This document shows positions 1-14,435 of a stretch of 64,000 nucleotides of DNA, piece by piece (positions within the stretch are counted from its first letter, which is position 1; the number at the start of each line of letters is the position of its first letter). The notes beneath the pieces were generated by a model. That model searched no databases. It was given only the letters and a program-made list of their open reading frames with translations, and was not told the DNA's origin. Source of the stretch: Malacoraja senta (Eukaryota); the NCBI GenBank assembly GCA_038087875.1, contig CM075989.1:24430001-24494000 (forward strand), read 5' to 3'. The position numbers and the translations under genes are program-made.

Positions 1-114
1 TGCTATCACACACATCTTTTAAAATGTGAGCAGCATATTCTGTTTTCTTTAAAATGATTTGCCAAGTAAAAATATGAATTTCTTTCATTGGACAATAATA
101 TCTGAATATTTTAG

Positions 115-329
115 GTAAATGCGATAACTGGGAGTCTTTTTACTTCCAAAGTATTGGAATCAAGAGCGGAGATGGATGTCACACGAGAGCCTACTTCAGA
201 CTGGAAGACTAGTGGGCAGATTTATGACTGGAGCGCTGGCCTGGAAGAAACAGATGATTCGCACCTCTACTTCGCCCCAGAACAAGGGAATGTGGTTTTT
301 GGAAGTGCTATTGATGGCTGGGGCTTCAG
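115..329 (+). CDS. EFL1: EFL1 internal coding exon (probably exon 7 in human numbering), G-domain region
   Basis: Acceptor ttttag|GTA and donor AG|gtatgc. Translates [20 protein letters not shown]...[35 protein letters not shown], matching the EFL1/EF-2 family '[18 protein letters not shown]' segment. 215 nt, phase 0 to 2. Confidence 0.96.
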
Positions 330-493
330 GTATGCAGTTCCTTTTAAAAACCTCCTTCAATCAGGAAGCATAAATGCTGAGAACACACATATTAGGCCTG
401 CTGAATGCATAGTCAATTTGACTCCAACAACAAATCTGAAGTTCCCGAAAAATGAGTTGTGAGATTGGAATGTCTTTGCTTAAAGAAATTGGA

Positions 494-660
494 AAGGGCC
501 TGTCCCACTTACGCGGTTATTTTCGGCGATGCCGGCACCCGTCATAGTCGCAACAGGTTGCCGAAATTTTTTTAACGTGTTGAAATCCAGAGGCGACCAG
601 AAAAAGAGACTCTTTGGGCGACTACTCATGACCATGCAACCGTCACCCCGCGACATGAGC
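494..660. mobile_element. Truncated PIF/Harbinger-type MITE (one end)
   Basis: Starts AGGGCCTGTCCCACTT, the same terminus as the complete copy at 45688-45911. Confidence 0.7.
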
Positions 661-680
661 AGCAGGAAACTGTAGTATCT

Positions 681-796
681 ATAGAAAACCCATGCAGGTC
701 ACAGGGAGAATGTACAAACTCCGTACAGACTGCACCCGTGGTCAGGATCGAACCCGGGTCTCTGGTGCTGTAAGGCAGCAACTCTACCGCTGCCCT
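681..796 (-). mobile_element. tRNA-derived V-SINE (HE1-like), 5' fragment
   Basis: Reverse complement of GCAGCGGTAGAGTTGCTGCCTTACAG...GGTTCGATCC; homologous to 35401-35690. Confidence 0.8.
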
Positions 797-2065
797 TCAC
801 AAGTTGTGAAGGAGGTTTCATTTGCACATAACCTAAGCTACAGAGCAGCCTCATTCCGACAGGGTTGACGGAGGGCCCTGAACACACTGGAGGGCCAGGG
901 AATGAACCAGACTGCTGTACACAGACCAGAGTTAACCCAGTGCTCGCCCATGCCATGCACGATTGAGATATTCACTAAATTAATACTTAGTTGAAACAGT
1001 GATTACTTTATTAGATGTAAAGTGGATCCTGCAACTTCTCTTTAAATTGCACAGGTTTTGACGGCATGGGTATGGTAATTAGTGAAATAATATTTGTCCA
1101 CATGGAGAAATCTAGAACCGGCCTTGTGGTTTTAGAATAGAGATTGCCCATTTAAGGCAAAGATGAAGAGTAATTTCTTACTTCAGAGTGTTGTGAATAT
1201 TTGGATTTCTGTACCCCAGAGATCTGTGGAGGCTATTATAGAATGCATATAATCATGGCTGAGTCTGAAAGGGTTTTGAAATGTGGGGGAGTTTACACTA
1301 ATGAAGACCAAACAGAAAAGTAGAGTTGGAGCCAAGATCTGATCAGTCTGATTTTATGAATTGTAATATAGTCTCAAGGGTCTGTATGGCTATTTCTTGA
1401 ACTTTTATATTAGAAAGTTTAAAATGTAGCTTCTATCTCTGCTTCCCTGTCCCAACTATGGCTGAAAGTTGGGAGCTGAAATGTATTATTTTAAATCTGG
1501 TGCTTCCATGGATTGTAAAGGCGAATGCAGGTGGATAGCCTTCCTTTCTCTTTTTATATAAAATTCATTTTCATGTTCTGGGTGTTGCTTACGCCAGCAT
1601 TTATTAACGGTTTTAAATTGCCAATGACAAGATGTTGGTGAGCTGGTTTTTTTTGTTGGAGTTGGTTATTGCCTGAAATTCTAGGTCCCATCCACCTCCA
1701 TCCAAGAGCCCCAGCAGCCCTTCCCAATGCTGCTTGACCCGCTGAGTTCCTCCAGCACTTTGTGTTCTTGCTCAAGGCTCTAGCATTTGCAATGCCTTGT
1801 ATCTTTCTGTTCATGTTTGAATGTTGTTGAAGTCAAGGTGCATGCAGGTGTGGACTGCTTTGTTTCTACAAGTTTTGTGAATTGATTGTGCAATCAATTG
1901 CAAATAAGCTAATTGCTGACCTTATGATGGCAGGAAGATCACTGGTGCAACAGCTGAAGATGCTCGGTTCTAGGACCCTGCACTGAGGACCACCTGGAAT
2001 TATGTCCTGGGGCTAATTTTTAGGAAATTACTTGATGTACATTATGTAATTTTATTCCAAGCACC

Positions 2066-2740
2066 AAAAGTTAACTTGCGCTTCATTTGCACCTCCTCCA
2101 ACCTCATCTACTGTATCCGCTGATCCAGGTGTGGACTCCAATATATCGGCGAGACCAAGCACAGGCTCGGCGTTCGTTTGAACTCCTCCACTCAGTCCGC
2201 CTGAACCTACCTGATCTCCCGGTTGCTAAACACTTCAACTCCACTTCCCTTTCCCATACTGTCCTTTCTGTCCTGGGCCTCCTCCACTGTCAGAGTGAGG
2301 CCCAGCACAAATTGGAGGAACAGGTTCTCATATTTCACTTGGGCAGCTTACATCCCAGCGGTTTGAATATTGACCTCTAACTTCAAGTATCCCTTGCTTT
2401 CCCTCTTTCTCCATCTCACTCCCATCCTAGTTCTCCGACCAGTCTGACTGTCCTCTTGATTAAATTTTATCTTTGTATGCTTCGTTGTCACTATCCCCTC
2501 GCTAACAATGCTACATTCTACATTTTCTACATTCTCCTTGAACTTCGTCCCCTTTGATGTCCAGTTTTCACCCCTTACCCTTCCATATCTCCGTCTCCCT
2601 CTCCCCGACTCTCAGTCTGAGGAAGGGTCTTCAGAAACGTCACCCATTCCTTCTCCCCAGTGATGCTGCCTGTTCTGCTGAGTTACTCCAGCATTTAGTG
2701 TCTACCTTGTAAACCAGCATCCGCATTACCTTGCTACACA
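2066..2740 (+). mobile_element. Penelope-like element 3' part: degenerate GIY-YIG endonuclease plus terminal repeat
   Basis: One frame reads CTSSNLIYCIR*SRCGLQYIGETKHRLG (GIY-YIG motif with a stop), then LPVAKHFNS. It ends in the gtctga..agggtct..gaaacgtcacc / gatgctgcctg / gagttactccagc unit that is dispersed across the window. Confidence 0.85.
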
Positions 2741-3474
2741 TGTTTATAAGTACATTTGTTACTTTTTAAATCCATTTTAAAATGTTAATTATTTATATCC
2801 AGTTGAACAGTTTTTATAGGTCTCCGAACTACAGAGACAAGTAAACATTGTTCAAAGGCCACTGAATCAGAAACCAAACTGCTCGAGGGGTTATAATGTC
2901 ATTGTTTAGGTTTCCGTAATCACTTTCAAGGTTTCAAGGTCAGTTCATTGTCACATGTACCAATTAAGATACAGTGACATTTGAGTTACCATACAGCCAC
3001 ACTAAGTGAAAAGCAACAAGACACACAGCCACATAAAACATCCTTCACAGAGGATTCCACATTCCTCACCGTGATGGAAGGCAATAAAGTTCAATCTTCT
3101 TCCTCTTTATTCACTTAAACCGAGTTGTTCAAATGGTCCTGTTTTGGAAATGCATCCAGTGCCTTTTCTCTTGTCAATGGAGTAGGGATAATTTACTTTT
3201 ACTGTTTAGAATTACATGGACATTGTGACCTTAGTTTTGCCTCGGCATTTTTTTAAAAACTTTTGCAAGAGTATCTATTTTACTATTATTTTGACTGTGT
3301 TTCAAAAAGTATGTTGAGTTTTCATTTCTTTAATTGCCAAGATCCCTTGGTATAGTAAATCTTGTTAGACTTTATCTGTTGGGTGAAGAAAAGTTGCAGC
3401 TTGTTTGACGTGCAAGAAGGCTTTTTAAATTGAATGGTGTTGGACAAAGGAAAGGCAAATACAATGCATATTGT

Positions 3475-3748
3475 AGTTTAGTTTAGAGATACAGTGCAGA
3501 ATGAGGCCCTTCGGCCCACCACACTGACCAGCGATCCAGCACACTCTAGGGACAATTTACATTTATCCAAAACCAATTCACCTACAAACCTGTACGTCTT
3601 TGGAATGTGAGAGGAAACCGAAGATCTCGGAGAAAACCCACGCAGGTCACGGGAAGAACGTACAAACTCCGTACAGACAGCACGTGTAGTCAGGATCGAA
3701 CCCAGGTCTCTGGCGCTGTAAGGCAGCAACTCTACCACTACGCCACCA
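3475..3748 (-). mobile_element. V-SINE (HE1-like)
   Basis: tRNA-like head, central GGTTTCCTC..CA..CCAAA domain, (TAAAC)n tail. Confidence 0.85.
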
Positions 3749-4373
3749 TTTTAAATGTATATAGTGAGCCTAGAAACAATTGGACCATGTTAAATTCAAA
3801 ACATTGAATGGCATTTAGAAATGTAATCTTCGATGTATAATTTCATGGATGATTGTGGAGAATCAGCTGAAGATCCATCTGGATGTGCTCATGGTAAAGT
3901 GTTTGCATCTGGTGTGATTAGCTTTACAAATCAACTTTAGTCAATTATGTCAATTAACTGTATCATTCTCTTACATCAGTGTTTAGTGATGTATGGGTGC
4001 ATGCACATTACATTTTCAATAAAATCACTTTTCTAAAATTAAAAGCTTGCTTGCCGAGCAAAGTCCATGTTAATGGTCATTGTTTCATGAGGGAGGGGAT
4101 TGAATGAGATTATCTAGGGGGTGGGGGTTGCCGCCAATGAACCTAGCATCGTCACATTAGAATATCATCTGTCACCCCTCCTCTTGCTTATGGCTCTTGT
4201 TGTTAAGTACAAGAAGCTTATTACTTCAAAACCCATTGCAAATGTTTGAACACATATTTCAATCTGCGGTTCTGACCTATTGCTTTGTTTTATGTTGAAG
4301 TTGTGTGCTGCATGGGCCCCTAGTCTTGATCTTTTATGGCAAGTGGTATATCTAGATCGAACCACGATCCTTA

Positions 4374-4650
4374 AGGGCCTGTCCCACTTAGGTGATTTTT
4401 CTGGCGACTGCCGGCGACTGTCATAGTCGTAGCAGGTCACCGAAAAAACGGCGACTGGACCCCCCTACGACAATGTCTACGACAAGCTACGACAACCTGC
4501 CACCTAATCGACGTCAAGCTGCAGCAAGCTACCGACAACCGGCGACCCAATCGTCACGACAGGACATCCACCTACGACCACACGTACGACAAACTACGAC
4601 ACGATGAGCTACGTCCACTCGCGACAAGCTATGTCAAGCTACGACCCTGT
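4374..4650. mobile_element. Truncated Harbinger-type MITE with internal CTACGAC repeats
   Basis: tta|AGGGCCTGTCCCACTT terminus and many ctacgac-like motifs; interrupted by a Penelope terminal-repeat fragment at about 4648-4715. Confidence 0.7.
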
Positions 4651-6412
4651 CTCGACCCGAAATGTCGCCCATTCCTTCCTTCCAGGGATGCTGCCTCCAG
4701 CATTTTGTGTCTACCCACGACTAACAGCATCATCTCCTGAATAGTATTCAGTATTGAAAAAACATTTGTTCTTGTTTTGACTGAGTTAGTTTGTGGTTGT
4801 CAGATGCTGTAGATATGATTGGGATTATCAGTCTTGCCAAGTCCAAAATTCCTGTCCGCTACTATTTCGTGGGGGGAAGTGACGCAGTGGTCGGTGTGCT
4901 GGAGTACTGCGTACAGCCCAAAGGTGGAGTAATAGACTCATAGGTTGCATTGTATTTGGTTGACTGCAATGAAGACTGCTTGCAATGAGTCATTCTACTT
5001 TGATTCCAAATGCTGTGGCTTCACCGCTGCTCTCCCCATCGAGGCACCTTCATAGACCCTGAAAATACTGTATTGTCATTTTTCTTTAAATGAAGCTTTC
5101 AGTCATTAATATCAGGTTGTTGTAGCTGATTCTGAACACCAAAGGGTTTAGTGTTTTAATGGTACTGAATATAACTCCTCACCAAAGAATAAATATCAAA
5201 CTCAGTAGAAGAATAGAAAGAGATGTCGGAACCAACACACAGATAGTTTCAAGGTTTCACGTTTCAGATTGATAGTTGAAAGTAACTTGCTTATGATCAA
5301 TGGCATTTATTTGGGTTAGTTTTTCGAATGCTTCAATTCATTAACTATCAATGTGTACCCTTTTTCATACACTTGTGTGTACATTGTCTGACTACAATTA
5401 TATGTAGGCTGATCGATTTTTACTAATTAATTCTGCATCTAAATGTATAGAGTAATTCTGACGTATTTTGTTTTGACTTGGTGATAGTGATTGGCTGCTA
5501 AAGCCATCTTCAGCCATATAGCTAGCACCTGTCATTTTCCATTTTTGATCATAAAAGCAGTATTGCAGCAGCTGACGTAAGCTGTATGGCACTGTTCTGT
5601 GATGTATAGTGCTCTATTGAGAGTTGCTGTCGAATGTTGTGGCCCCAAGTTTCTGTGTGGTCAATATTAGATAGGGAATTGCACCCTCTGCAAAGAGGTC
5701 ACAGTAAAACATGGCTGGGGGAGAAAGCGTAAATCTTCTGGCAGTGCACCAAATATGCCAAGGTGTATTTAACGGTCGGCAGCAGCATCGAAAAAGTTTC
5801 ATTTTGGTAACTGTAGTTAGATTTTTTGTAACATTTGTAAAAATGGTCTTTGCATTTTTGTACATTGTTGAAAGAGAGTTGAAATTCCTCTTTCATATCG
5901 TGTCCAGAAGTGTGTGTGAAGAACGTTCAGTTTCTAAGTGATGGTTCAGTAAGTGCTATAAAACTAACCTCGTTCATCAAATTCCCACAAAGGGTGGATT
6001 TTAGGTTGATTTTTCACCAGAACACAACAAGCCATTCAAACATTTCAGCGGAAACACAAGACACGATTACAATCGATCCATTTACATTGTATAGATACTT
6101 GATAAGGGAATAACGTTTAGTGCAAGACAAAGCCAGCAAAGTCCGATCGAGGATAATCCGAGGGTCAACAAAGAGGTAGCACTCAAGGCCAGGAGTGAAT
6201 CTGGGTCTCTGGTGCTGTGAGCCAGTGCCCGCCTCGCTGTCCCACTGTGCTGTCACCAGAACAAATTAACTGATGAATATTTCTTTGTTGTTTGCCAAAC
6301 TACTTGGAGTAACTTTTGTGCTTTGTGGGGGACCTGAGGACATGAAAGTACGATTATAGCTGCAACTTTATTCACGTGAGGATTGGTTGTAGGATGCGGT
6401 AGTGATTTCTAA

Positions 6413-6870
6413 TTTAGTTTTAGTTTAGTTTAGAGATATGGCATGAAAACAGGTCCTTCGGCCCACCGAGTCCGCACCGACCAGCAATCCCCACACATTA
6501 ACATTATCCTACACACACTAGGAACAATTTACACATACACCAAATCAATTAACCTACATACCTGTACATGAATGAATAAGTTTATTGGCCAAGTATTCAC
6601 ATACAAGGAATTTGCCTTGGTGCTCCGCCCACAAGTGACACCATGGCATACAGTGACAGTTAAGAATGACACATAAAACATTAAACATTAAACATTTTGG
6701 TACATCTTTGGAGTGTGGGAGGAAACCAAAGATCTCGGAGAAAACCCACGCGGTCATGGGGAGAACGTACAAACTCCGTACAGACAGCACCCGTAGTCGG
6801 GATTGAACCTGGGTCTCTGGCTCTGCAAGCGCTGTAAGGCAGCAACTCTACCGCTGTGTCACAGTGGCCA
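6413..6870 (-). mobile_element. V-SINE with a nested 130-bp LINE-tail insertion (6570-6699)
   Basis: SINE homology on both sides; insert flanked by a GTACAT direct repeat (6564-6569, 6700-6705). Confidence 0.8.
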
Positions 6871-9172
6871 CCCTTTGTTGTACTCTGCATGCTTGCTATT
6901 AATATGTGAGTGTATATTGTTTGCAGAGGCAGGATTTTGAAAGGTACCTTGTTAAGGTGCAGAATATCACCTAGAATCAGTGTATGAATGATATGATTTC
7001 TGCATGGCGGTGGTTCAAACCGCTAAGTTACAATATTTCAAAGAATTACTCCTGGCTTAGGCTCACAGAAGACATCATTTCCGTGGAATCAAATGTTTTT
7101 TATTCTACATTGACCAGATTTTTTGTATTCAAAGCTTTCTTTGTTTCCTTTGAAAGCTGGTCAGATCTGTTGTGTTTATGTTGCTGTACTGCCAGCTCTA
7201 GCATACAAAAAAATGTGACCTTACTCCTATATTAAATATATAAATTGTTACTAAATGTACTAGAGTTAAAGTGCATGCCTGCATTAGTATCTGATATTTG
7301 GATAGACCACTGTTACTCCAACAGTTCCTTTGTTTCCTAGAGTACCGCTTATTTTGTTGCCAGAGGTGCATGGAATGGAAATAGGGCACAGGATGAATTA
7401 ACTGAAGCCTTGTTGTAGTTGCGGACAGTAGCCAGTTGATGGTGCTGTGGAGTGGTTTTTTTCACTACCTTCTTCCCAATGGCTGTCCTGGGCGGTGTGA
7501 CAATAATTCAGAACAATTCAGCCCAAGACGTTTAGCTGTGAAGCTTTTGTAGACTGTTTATAATGTGTTCAGCCCAAACTTATTTCCTTTCTTTACCATT
7601 CCATTCCCTCTTATAAGATTCATTTACTCAATGCAGTGGTAAATAGAACATGGGTTACTGCATTATTTTACCTGCATTTTAAGCCACATAATTTATTGTT
7701 ATGTTGACTATCATTCAACATCCTCAGTGGGAGGGGGGGGGGGGGGGACGAGAGCAGTAGGTTAAATTTTCACTTAATATTGACTTGTTAGATTTTTTAA
7801 AAATCCTTGTATTTCACTTGGTTCTGAATACAAAGCTGATAATGTCAAGGCAGCTCTGGTTGTTCAGTAGCACAGTGGGAGCCTCAGAATGGGAGGATGT
7901 GGCCTTGAGTAACTAATCCACACATACCAAGCCCCCGGGCTGCTAAAGCCCACACTCCCACCACAGCAATCCAGATGAATTGTGTTTGACTTTAGTTGAT
8001 AGCAGTGTGCAAGCCTTGATAGCAACATGCAAGCCAAAACTGGAATTTGGATAGAAAATGAGTGAAGTAATTCTGAGAGAGAACACAAGTGAATTTTTGA
8101 AACAATGTTTTTGGAGAAAAAGTACTTTTGTGCAGAAAATGGCTTTGGCACAAGAAGGTTGTATGGAATCTTCTGCCTACAAAGCAGTGGAACCAAACAA
8201 TGCCTAACACTTATTCTATTAAAGAAAAGTTAAGGGTGTGTATTATCTCCAGTTTTTCCAACCTTTGATGGAAACGCTGAACGTTGCTGGATTTTCGGAC
8301 CAGCGATGTTTAGCAGTGTTCCATGACTTTATTCTTGGACAACACGTGGCCACAGACTGCTGCACTGGGCAGCCCGATCTTCACTGTGTCTCACACAATC
8401 ATCACCACACACGGATTCATGGTGATTCACGCCTCCTGCTTGATTTCCAAACACAACCGTACCACCAGCGTTTTAGCATTGACTCTGTCCTTTGATGCAG
8501 ATAGTCTTGGAGAGGGTTTGATAATAACACTTTCTGTCATAATTCCTGATCAGCTGCTTTGAAGCACAGAGTAAAATGGTGAAAATATGAGCTGAAGAGG
8601 TAGAGAATGTGCAAATCTAAAGTGAAAGGAGTTCCAACAATGCTTAAGCTGTGAAAGATGTTTGGAAGCATTCAGCTTAGAGATACGGTGCTTAGTGAGA
8701 AACTTGCTGCTTAGTTTGTGTAGTTGGTCTGGTTGCCATGTTACAGGAAAGATCTGATCAAGCTCAATAGGATGCAGCAAAGATTCACAACAATGTTGTC
8801 TGGACTGGTAGGCTTGAGTAATAAGGAGAAATTGGATAGGCTGGGACCTCTTTCCCAGGAGTGACAGAGACTGAAGGGTGACCTTTATAGGATGGGGTTT
8901 ATAAAACTATGAGGGGCATAGGTCTATCTTCTAGGTCTAATTGTATGCACTAATTTAGCCACCCTCCAGTCTCCCAGCCTCTCACCTGTGTCTCATGATG
9001 ATTCATATATCAGTCGGGGCTCCTGTCATTCCTTCTCTAGCTTTCCACAGTGTCCTTGGATATGTTGATCAGGCCCTGTAGATTTATCTACCTGCATAAG
9101 CCTCAGGACATTCAGCACATCCTTGCCTGTAATATGGACTGTCCTCAGGACATCTTCATTAAATTATTGTTT

Positions 9173-9390
9173 AAGAAGGAACTGCAGATGCTGAAAAATC
9201 AAAGGTAGATAAAAATGCTGGAGAAACTCAGCGGGTGAGGCAGCATCTATGGAGCGAAGGAAATAGGCAACGTTTCGGGCCGAAACCCATCAGTATGAAG
9301 AAGGGTTTTGGTCCGAAATGTTGCCTATTTCCTTCGCTCCATAGATGCTGCCTCACCCGCTTAGCTTCTCCAGCATTTTTGTCTACCTTC
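9173..9390. mobile_element. Palindromic Penelope-derived short element with TSD
   Basis: Inverted arms around a degenerate hammerhead-like core; direct repeat CTTCATTAAATTATTGTTT at 9154-9172 and 9387-9405. Confidence 0.8.
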
Positions 9391-12300
9391 ATTAAATTAT
9401 TGTTTGCTTTGCTCTTTGTATGACGGGGGGGAAATGTCCCTGGAATGAGTATGTATAAGGCTGTCAGTGTTAAACTTCATCCCAACTTAGCAGGAGGAGG
9501 AAAATTATGTTTTTATGATTCGTTCCAATAACTTAAGGAATGTGATATAAACAAGCCGCAAAATAAATTAAAATGTTTTCTTTGGTAAAGTAATAATTAC
9601 TCGGCTTGCTGTTCATGTTTTGGAAAGTGTTATTTATAGAAATAACAAATCTTGTCTTTCTTCCACATGTAACCTTTTTTTGTTTTCTCAGATTGAAAAT
9701 AAGATGAGTTTAGTACACTTTTATAGTATAATTGTTGTTTGTTGTTTTAGAAATTGGGTTTCCAGAACTATTACAAATTACTCAAAAGGATACAAAATGC
9801 TGGAATAATTCAGCAGGTCAGGCAGCATCTCTGGAGAACATGGACAGGTGATGTTTGGGGTTGGGACCCTTCTTCAGACCCAGACCTGAAACGTCACCTA
9901 TCCATGCTCTCCAGAGATGCCGCCTGACCCGCTGAGTTACTCCAGCACTTTGTGTCCTTTTGTGTAAACCACTATCTGCTGTTCCTTGTTTCTACAATTT
10001 ACCTAAAGATTGTTTACAGACCTGTATTTGCTTAGAAAGTACCATTTCATTGTTTTCCAAATTATTTCATTGTTTTCAATGCTAGGAATTACCTGGAGTG
10101 CAAAGAAAGGCTAGCATCACTCACTCAGGAGTCATGACTACCAGTAATCAATGTCAATCCAAGTCTATTGTGGCTTATTATTTCTATAAGTATTGTGGGT
10201 TATTAAAAACAACTATAACATAAAAATTGAGTATATAAATAAAAGATTGTGGATAACAACCAAGGTAGCTTGATTTATAACTTTGGAAAAATAAATGGTT
10301 AGAATCAGAGAAGACTTTAATTCCTAGAGAATACTTAAGTCTGAGTATATCGTGTAATAAATGTATAATTTCATTTATTCAGTCACCACAAATCAATATC
10401 TTCACTATTCTGTGAGACAGAATGGAGCTCCAGTAATCTGTTCTAGTGAATGATTTCTTTTCCCCTGTTGACCTTCAGCTAAATATGATAAAAACAAAAA
10501 AAGTGTAAAATGTTTCACAGTCACATGTTTAACTTGAAAAAATGTGCAGGAAGGAACTGCAGATGCTGGTTTACACCAAATATAGACACAAAATGCTGGA
10601 GTAACTCAGCGGGTTAGGCAGCATCTCTGGAGAAAAAGAATGGGTGATGTTTTGGGTTGTGACCCTTCTTCAGATTGACTGTTTTTGTCCCAAGTTAACT
10701 GAAGAATAGCTAAAGAATAAAATACAAATGATTACTCGGGTAAATTTATTATGGGTATGGACAGTTTGCTTTGAATCTGACAAAAATAGAGATTATTTCT
10801 TTAAAATTGAGAAAACTGAAGTAGTGCAGGTACATACTAACACAGGGGTCCTGTTGTATAAATCAATACAATTATGAACATGTACAGAATTTGTTGCATT
10901 GCCAAATAACTTTAAAACAAATGTTGTGAGCTGGAATATTGACACCGAATTATATTTGCTTGTAGCAACATGCCTTTGTAAAGATATGTCCATCTTAGAA
11001 GAAGAATAGCATTGATTAACCAGAATAATAGATGGTCTCCACGGGTTAAAGGGGATGAGCAATTTGATTTAAAAGTTTCAAGAATTTAACTGAATTGAGA
11101 GAGAGGAAATATTTCTGCACACTAAGGATGGCATTGTGTTTAAATAAGAACTGGCCTTTCAGGCGTGAGATGAGGAAACATTTCTGAAGGCAATAGAACT
11201 TTGGAATTGTTTTCTGTAATTAGCTATTAATGCCGATTCATTGGATTAATTTAAAGTTGAGTTTGATGATTTTTATATTAGGGCAGATGTAGGTGGTAGT
11301 TTGAACATTTTTATGCCTTAGCTTTCCACAATACAAGTAAAAGTAATTAATTCACAATCTGGGGACTTTACTTTCTTTAGTCGGAGTCTGGTAAATCTGT
11401 GGAATTCTTCACCACAGAAGGCTATGGAGACCAAGTCATTGGATATATTTAAGGCAGAGATAGATTGATTATTAATTAGTACGGGTGTCAGAGCTTATGG
11501 GGAGAAGGCAGGAGAATGGGGTTAGGATGGAGTGATAGATGGAATGGTGGAGTAGACTTGATGGGCCGAATGGCCTAAATCTAATCCGATCACTTATGAT
11601 CTTATGAACTTCGAAAACCCTGTGGGGGAAGCTAACTGTTATAGCTAGTCTGAAATTCTTTAGCCTTGAATCCCCTTTCCTCATTGTTATGATTCTTTTT
11701 ATAGCATAATTTTCTATAACGAGATATCTTAGGAATGCAAGTACCTGTTTGAGATGCTGTTGTAGGGCCATCATTTTTTAGAACACATTCTCCGCAAGTC
11801 ATACTTATTCATGATTGGTATTTGAGGGTGTGAGATACCTTCCATAATATTTTAAACTTTCCAGATGCTAGAATGAAATATAATTAAAGTAAAGTGTTTC
11901 TTAGGTTTCACAATATTTGATTAATTGAAATTTGGGCATGACTTCTTCTCTGATGAGAATCAGAGATGTCCATCTCAGATGACACCTCTATTGAGGTATG
12001 CGCTCATTTTTAGAATCACTAAAGAAGGAATATCTCACCCCCTGACCTGCTTTGGCTTCACTATTCTGTGCTTATATTGTGGCTTTTTAAGTGATGGTGT
12101 GGAATCTGAAATGTATTGTCGACCCTGGAGCATTTGACTTCATATATCTTAGGCTCTCGAGCCGTGGCTATGTTACTCTTCCCACTGCAAGGGTCTGCTT
12201 GTGTTACAGGCTGGGCGTACAGCCAGAACCTGGCAGCTGGTTCCGAGCAAATGTTTGTGTTGCTGGCCTCAGATTTCCCATACTGATTGATGGGGAAATT

Positions 12301-13192
12301 CCCTGTGGAGTGGAATTAACTGCTATTGTGAATACAGAAATGTAGGTTGCTGGCTGGCAAACTCTTTCCCAGACTACCCTGAGCAAAGTGTGACTGGTCA
12401 TTGACACTGAGGGAGAAGCCATTCTCTACATCTTTGTAGCTTGGCAATTGACTGTGGTCTCACCTGGTTTTCTTAAAACCTGGTCCGTTTCAATGGTGTG
12501 TGCTATATTACGTTAAATGTTTTTAACATGTAATGGTTTAAAATAGCAAATCTAATGGCTTTCAAGTTGGCTTCATGGTTTTTATTGAGCAACGTGATCA
12601 AACATTTTGATTTATTTTCCATTTTGAACAAGAAACACTGTTTTTAGGAAGAGCATGATACTTCATTTTCCTGACCAATATCATCCTTCCAATCAACATC
12701 CTTGTAATAGGTTATCCAATCGTTTTCACATTGCATTTTTAGGATCTTGATTTGTGCAAATTATGTGCTGCATTTCTTATATCGTAATAAATAAATCATC
12801 AAACCTGCTGAGTTTTACTAACATTTAATTTTTTTACAACCTTAATACTTCATTTGATTTTGATGTTTTGAGGTTATAAAGGTAGGTTAGAAATAAGTAT
12901 TTTTTCCCTCTTTATGTGTTATTTTTTCTCTTTCTCTTTCTCTCTGCATTTTTCATTTCTTCCAGTCTGTCAACATATATCCATCTATTTTTTGCAAAAC
13001 CCTGGAATAAATAGGGCACAAAGTGCTGGAGTATAACTCAGCGGGTCAGGTAGCATCTCTGGAGAACGTGGACAGGTGATGTTTCGGCTCAGGACCCATC
13101 TGCTTATCAAAACCCCCACCCACCTTTGTTCATCTATTACCTGCCACACTTTGCTCTGCCTCCCTCTCCCACCCCTCCCAAACCCACAATCA

Positions 13193-13225
13193 GTCTGAAG
13201 AAAGGTCCCGACCCGAAACGTCACC
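13193..13225 (+). ncRNA. Putative minimal hammerhead ribozyme motif within a Penelope-derived element (about 13015-13320)
   Basis: GU-CUGAAGA-aaGGUC-cc-GACCc-GAAAC-GUC-AC: both conserved core boxes, a stem II, palindromic ACGU in place of stem III, and a GUC cleavage triplet. Confidence 0.6.
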
Positions 13226-13410
13226 TACACTTGTTCGCCAGATATGCTGTCTGACCACAGAGTTACTCCAGCACTTTGTGTCTGTTTGTGTAAACTGGCA
13301 TCTGCAGTTCCTTGTTTCTCATATTTGTTTTCTCCATAATCTGTGTGAATCGATTACATGTACCAGAGCTGATGGATCCATTTAAATGAGAAAATCTCTT
13401 TTGATTGCAG

Positions 13411-13534
13411 AATTGGGCAGTTTGTCCAAATGTACAGCGAGAAAATGGGTATAAACTCTGAAGTGTTGCTGAAGACTCTTTGGGGTGACTACTATTTGAA
13501 CACAAAATCTAAGAAGATAATGAAAGGAGCACAG
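13411..13534 (+). CDS. EFL1: EFL1 coding exon
   Basis: ttgcag|A...CAG|gtaagt. Translates (R)[41 protein letters not shown], with the family LWGDYY motif. 124 nt, phase 2 to 0, in frame with the previous exon. Confidence 0.96.
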
Positions 13535-14435
13535 GTAAGTTGCCTGATGTAAAGACAATGCCGTATGTTTAACACAAAACAGTATTATACCTAGACAGAG
13601 GCTGGCCATGTTGTCTTGAACATTACCTGCTGGGACTGCAAAAAGGTAACGTTAACTCCTTAATAGTGGAGTCAGGGGAGAAGGCAGGAACGGGGTACTG
13701 ATTGGGGATGATCAGCCATGATCACATTGAATGGAGGTGCTGGCTCAAAGGGCCGAATGGCCTACTCCTGCACCTATTTTCTATTGTCTATTGTCTAATA
13801 GGATTGGTTAAGTCAATCTCTTGGTGGTAGAGATGGTAACCCCAAGTTTGTTGCAGGTATTGTTAGCCATAAACTGCTGCTATGTTGGAGATACACTGCA
13901 GTTGGGCACTGGGTTGGAGTGAAGAAGGGTCTCGACCCAAAATGTTACCTATCCATGTTGTCCAGAGATGCTGCATCACCTGCTGAGTTACTCCAGCACT
14001 TTGCGTCCTTTTGTGTATTAACTACTATTTCCAGTTCTTTGTTTCATGATTTTCTGATAAATCAGTTGACATGGGAACTCCTGTAATAAAACCAGAATGT
14101 GCTGGAAACCACCAGCAAATTAAACACAGATTAAGCATCTTAATCTGATTTTAACTGCCCCTAAATGGCCAATGTAAATTGGTTTCATCCCATTCCCTTT
14201 GTTCCTCCTAACTTGCTCTACCTAAACAAATTTTCTCTCCTCAGTTCCGATGAAGGACCCGACCTGAAATGTTATCCACTTGACTTACCGAACCTTTTCA
14301 GTATTTTCTGTTGTTATTTCAGATTTCTAGCATCTGTATGTATTTTTTTGATTTTCATAAAATGAAAACTCTTGCCAGTCACTCAGGCTCCCAGTTTGCA
14401 TTCTTACATTCACTCGCAACCATCGTCACTTTATT

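Noticed and set aside
330..462. Continuation of ORF 154-462 past GWGFR
   Set aside because: Intron read-through after the donor at 330; EFL1 similarity resumes at 13411.
4470..4645. CRISPR-like or regularly spaced array (ctacgac repeats)
   Set aside because: Short, irregular motifs within a MITE in eukaryotic DNA; no constant repeat-spacer structure or cas genes.
7731..7746. Poly-G run (and poly-C at about 26857-26874)
   Set aside because: Simple homopolymers with no supporting context; their length may be unreliable.
8238..8562. Overlapping 79-85 aa ORFs in non-repetitive sequence
   Set aside because: No recognisable motif or splice structure; consistent with chance ORFs.
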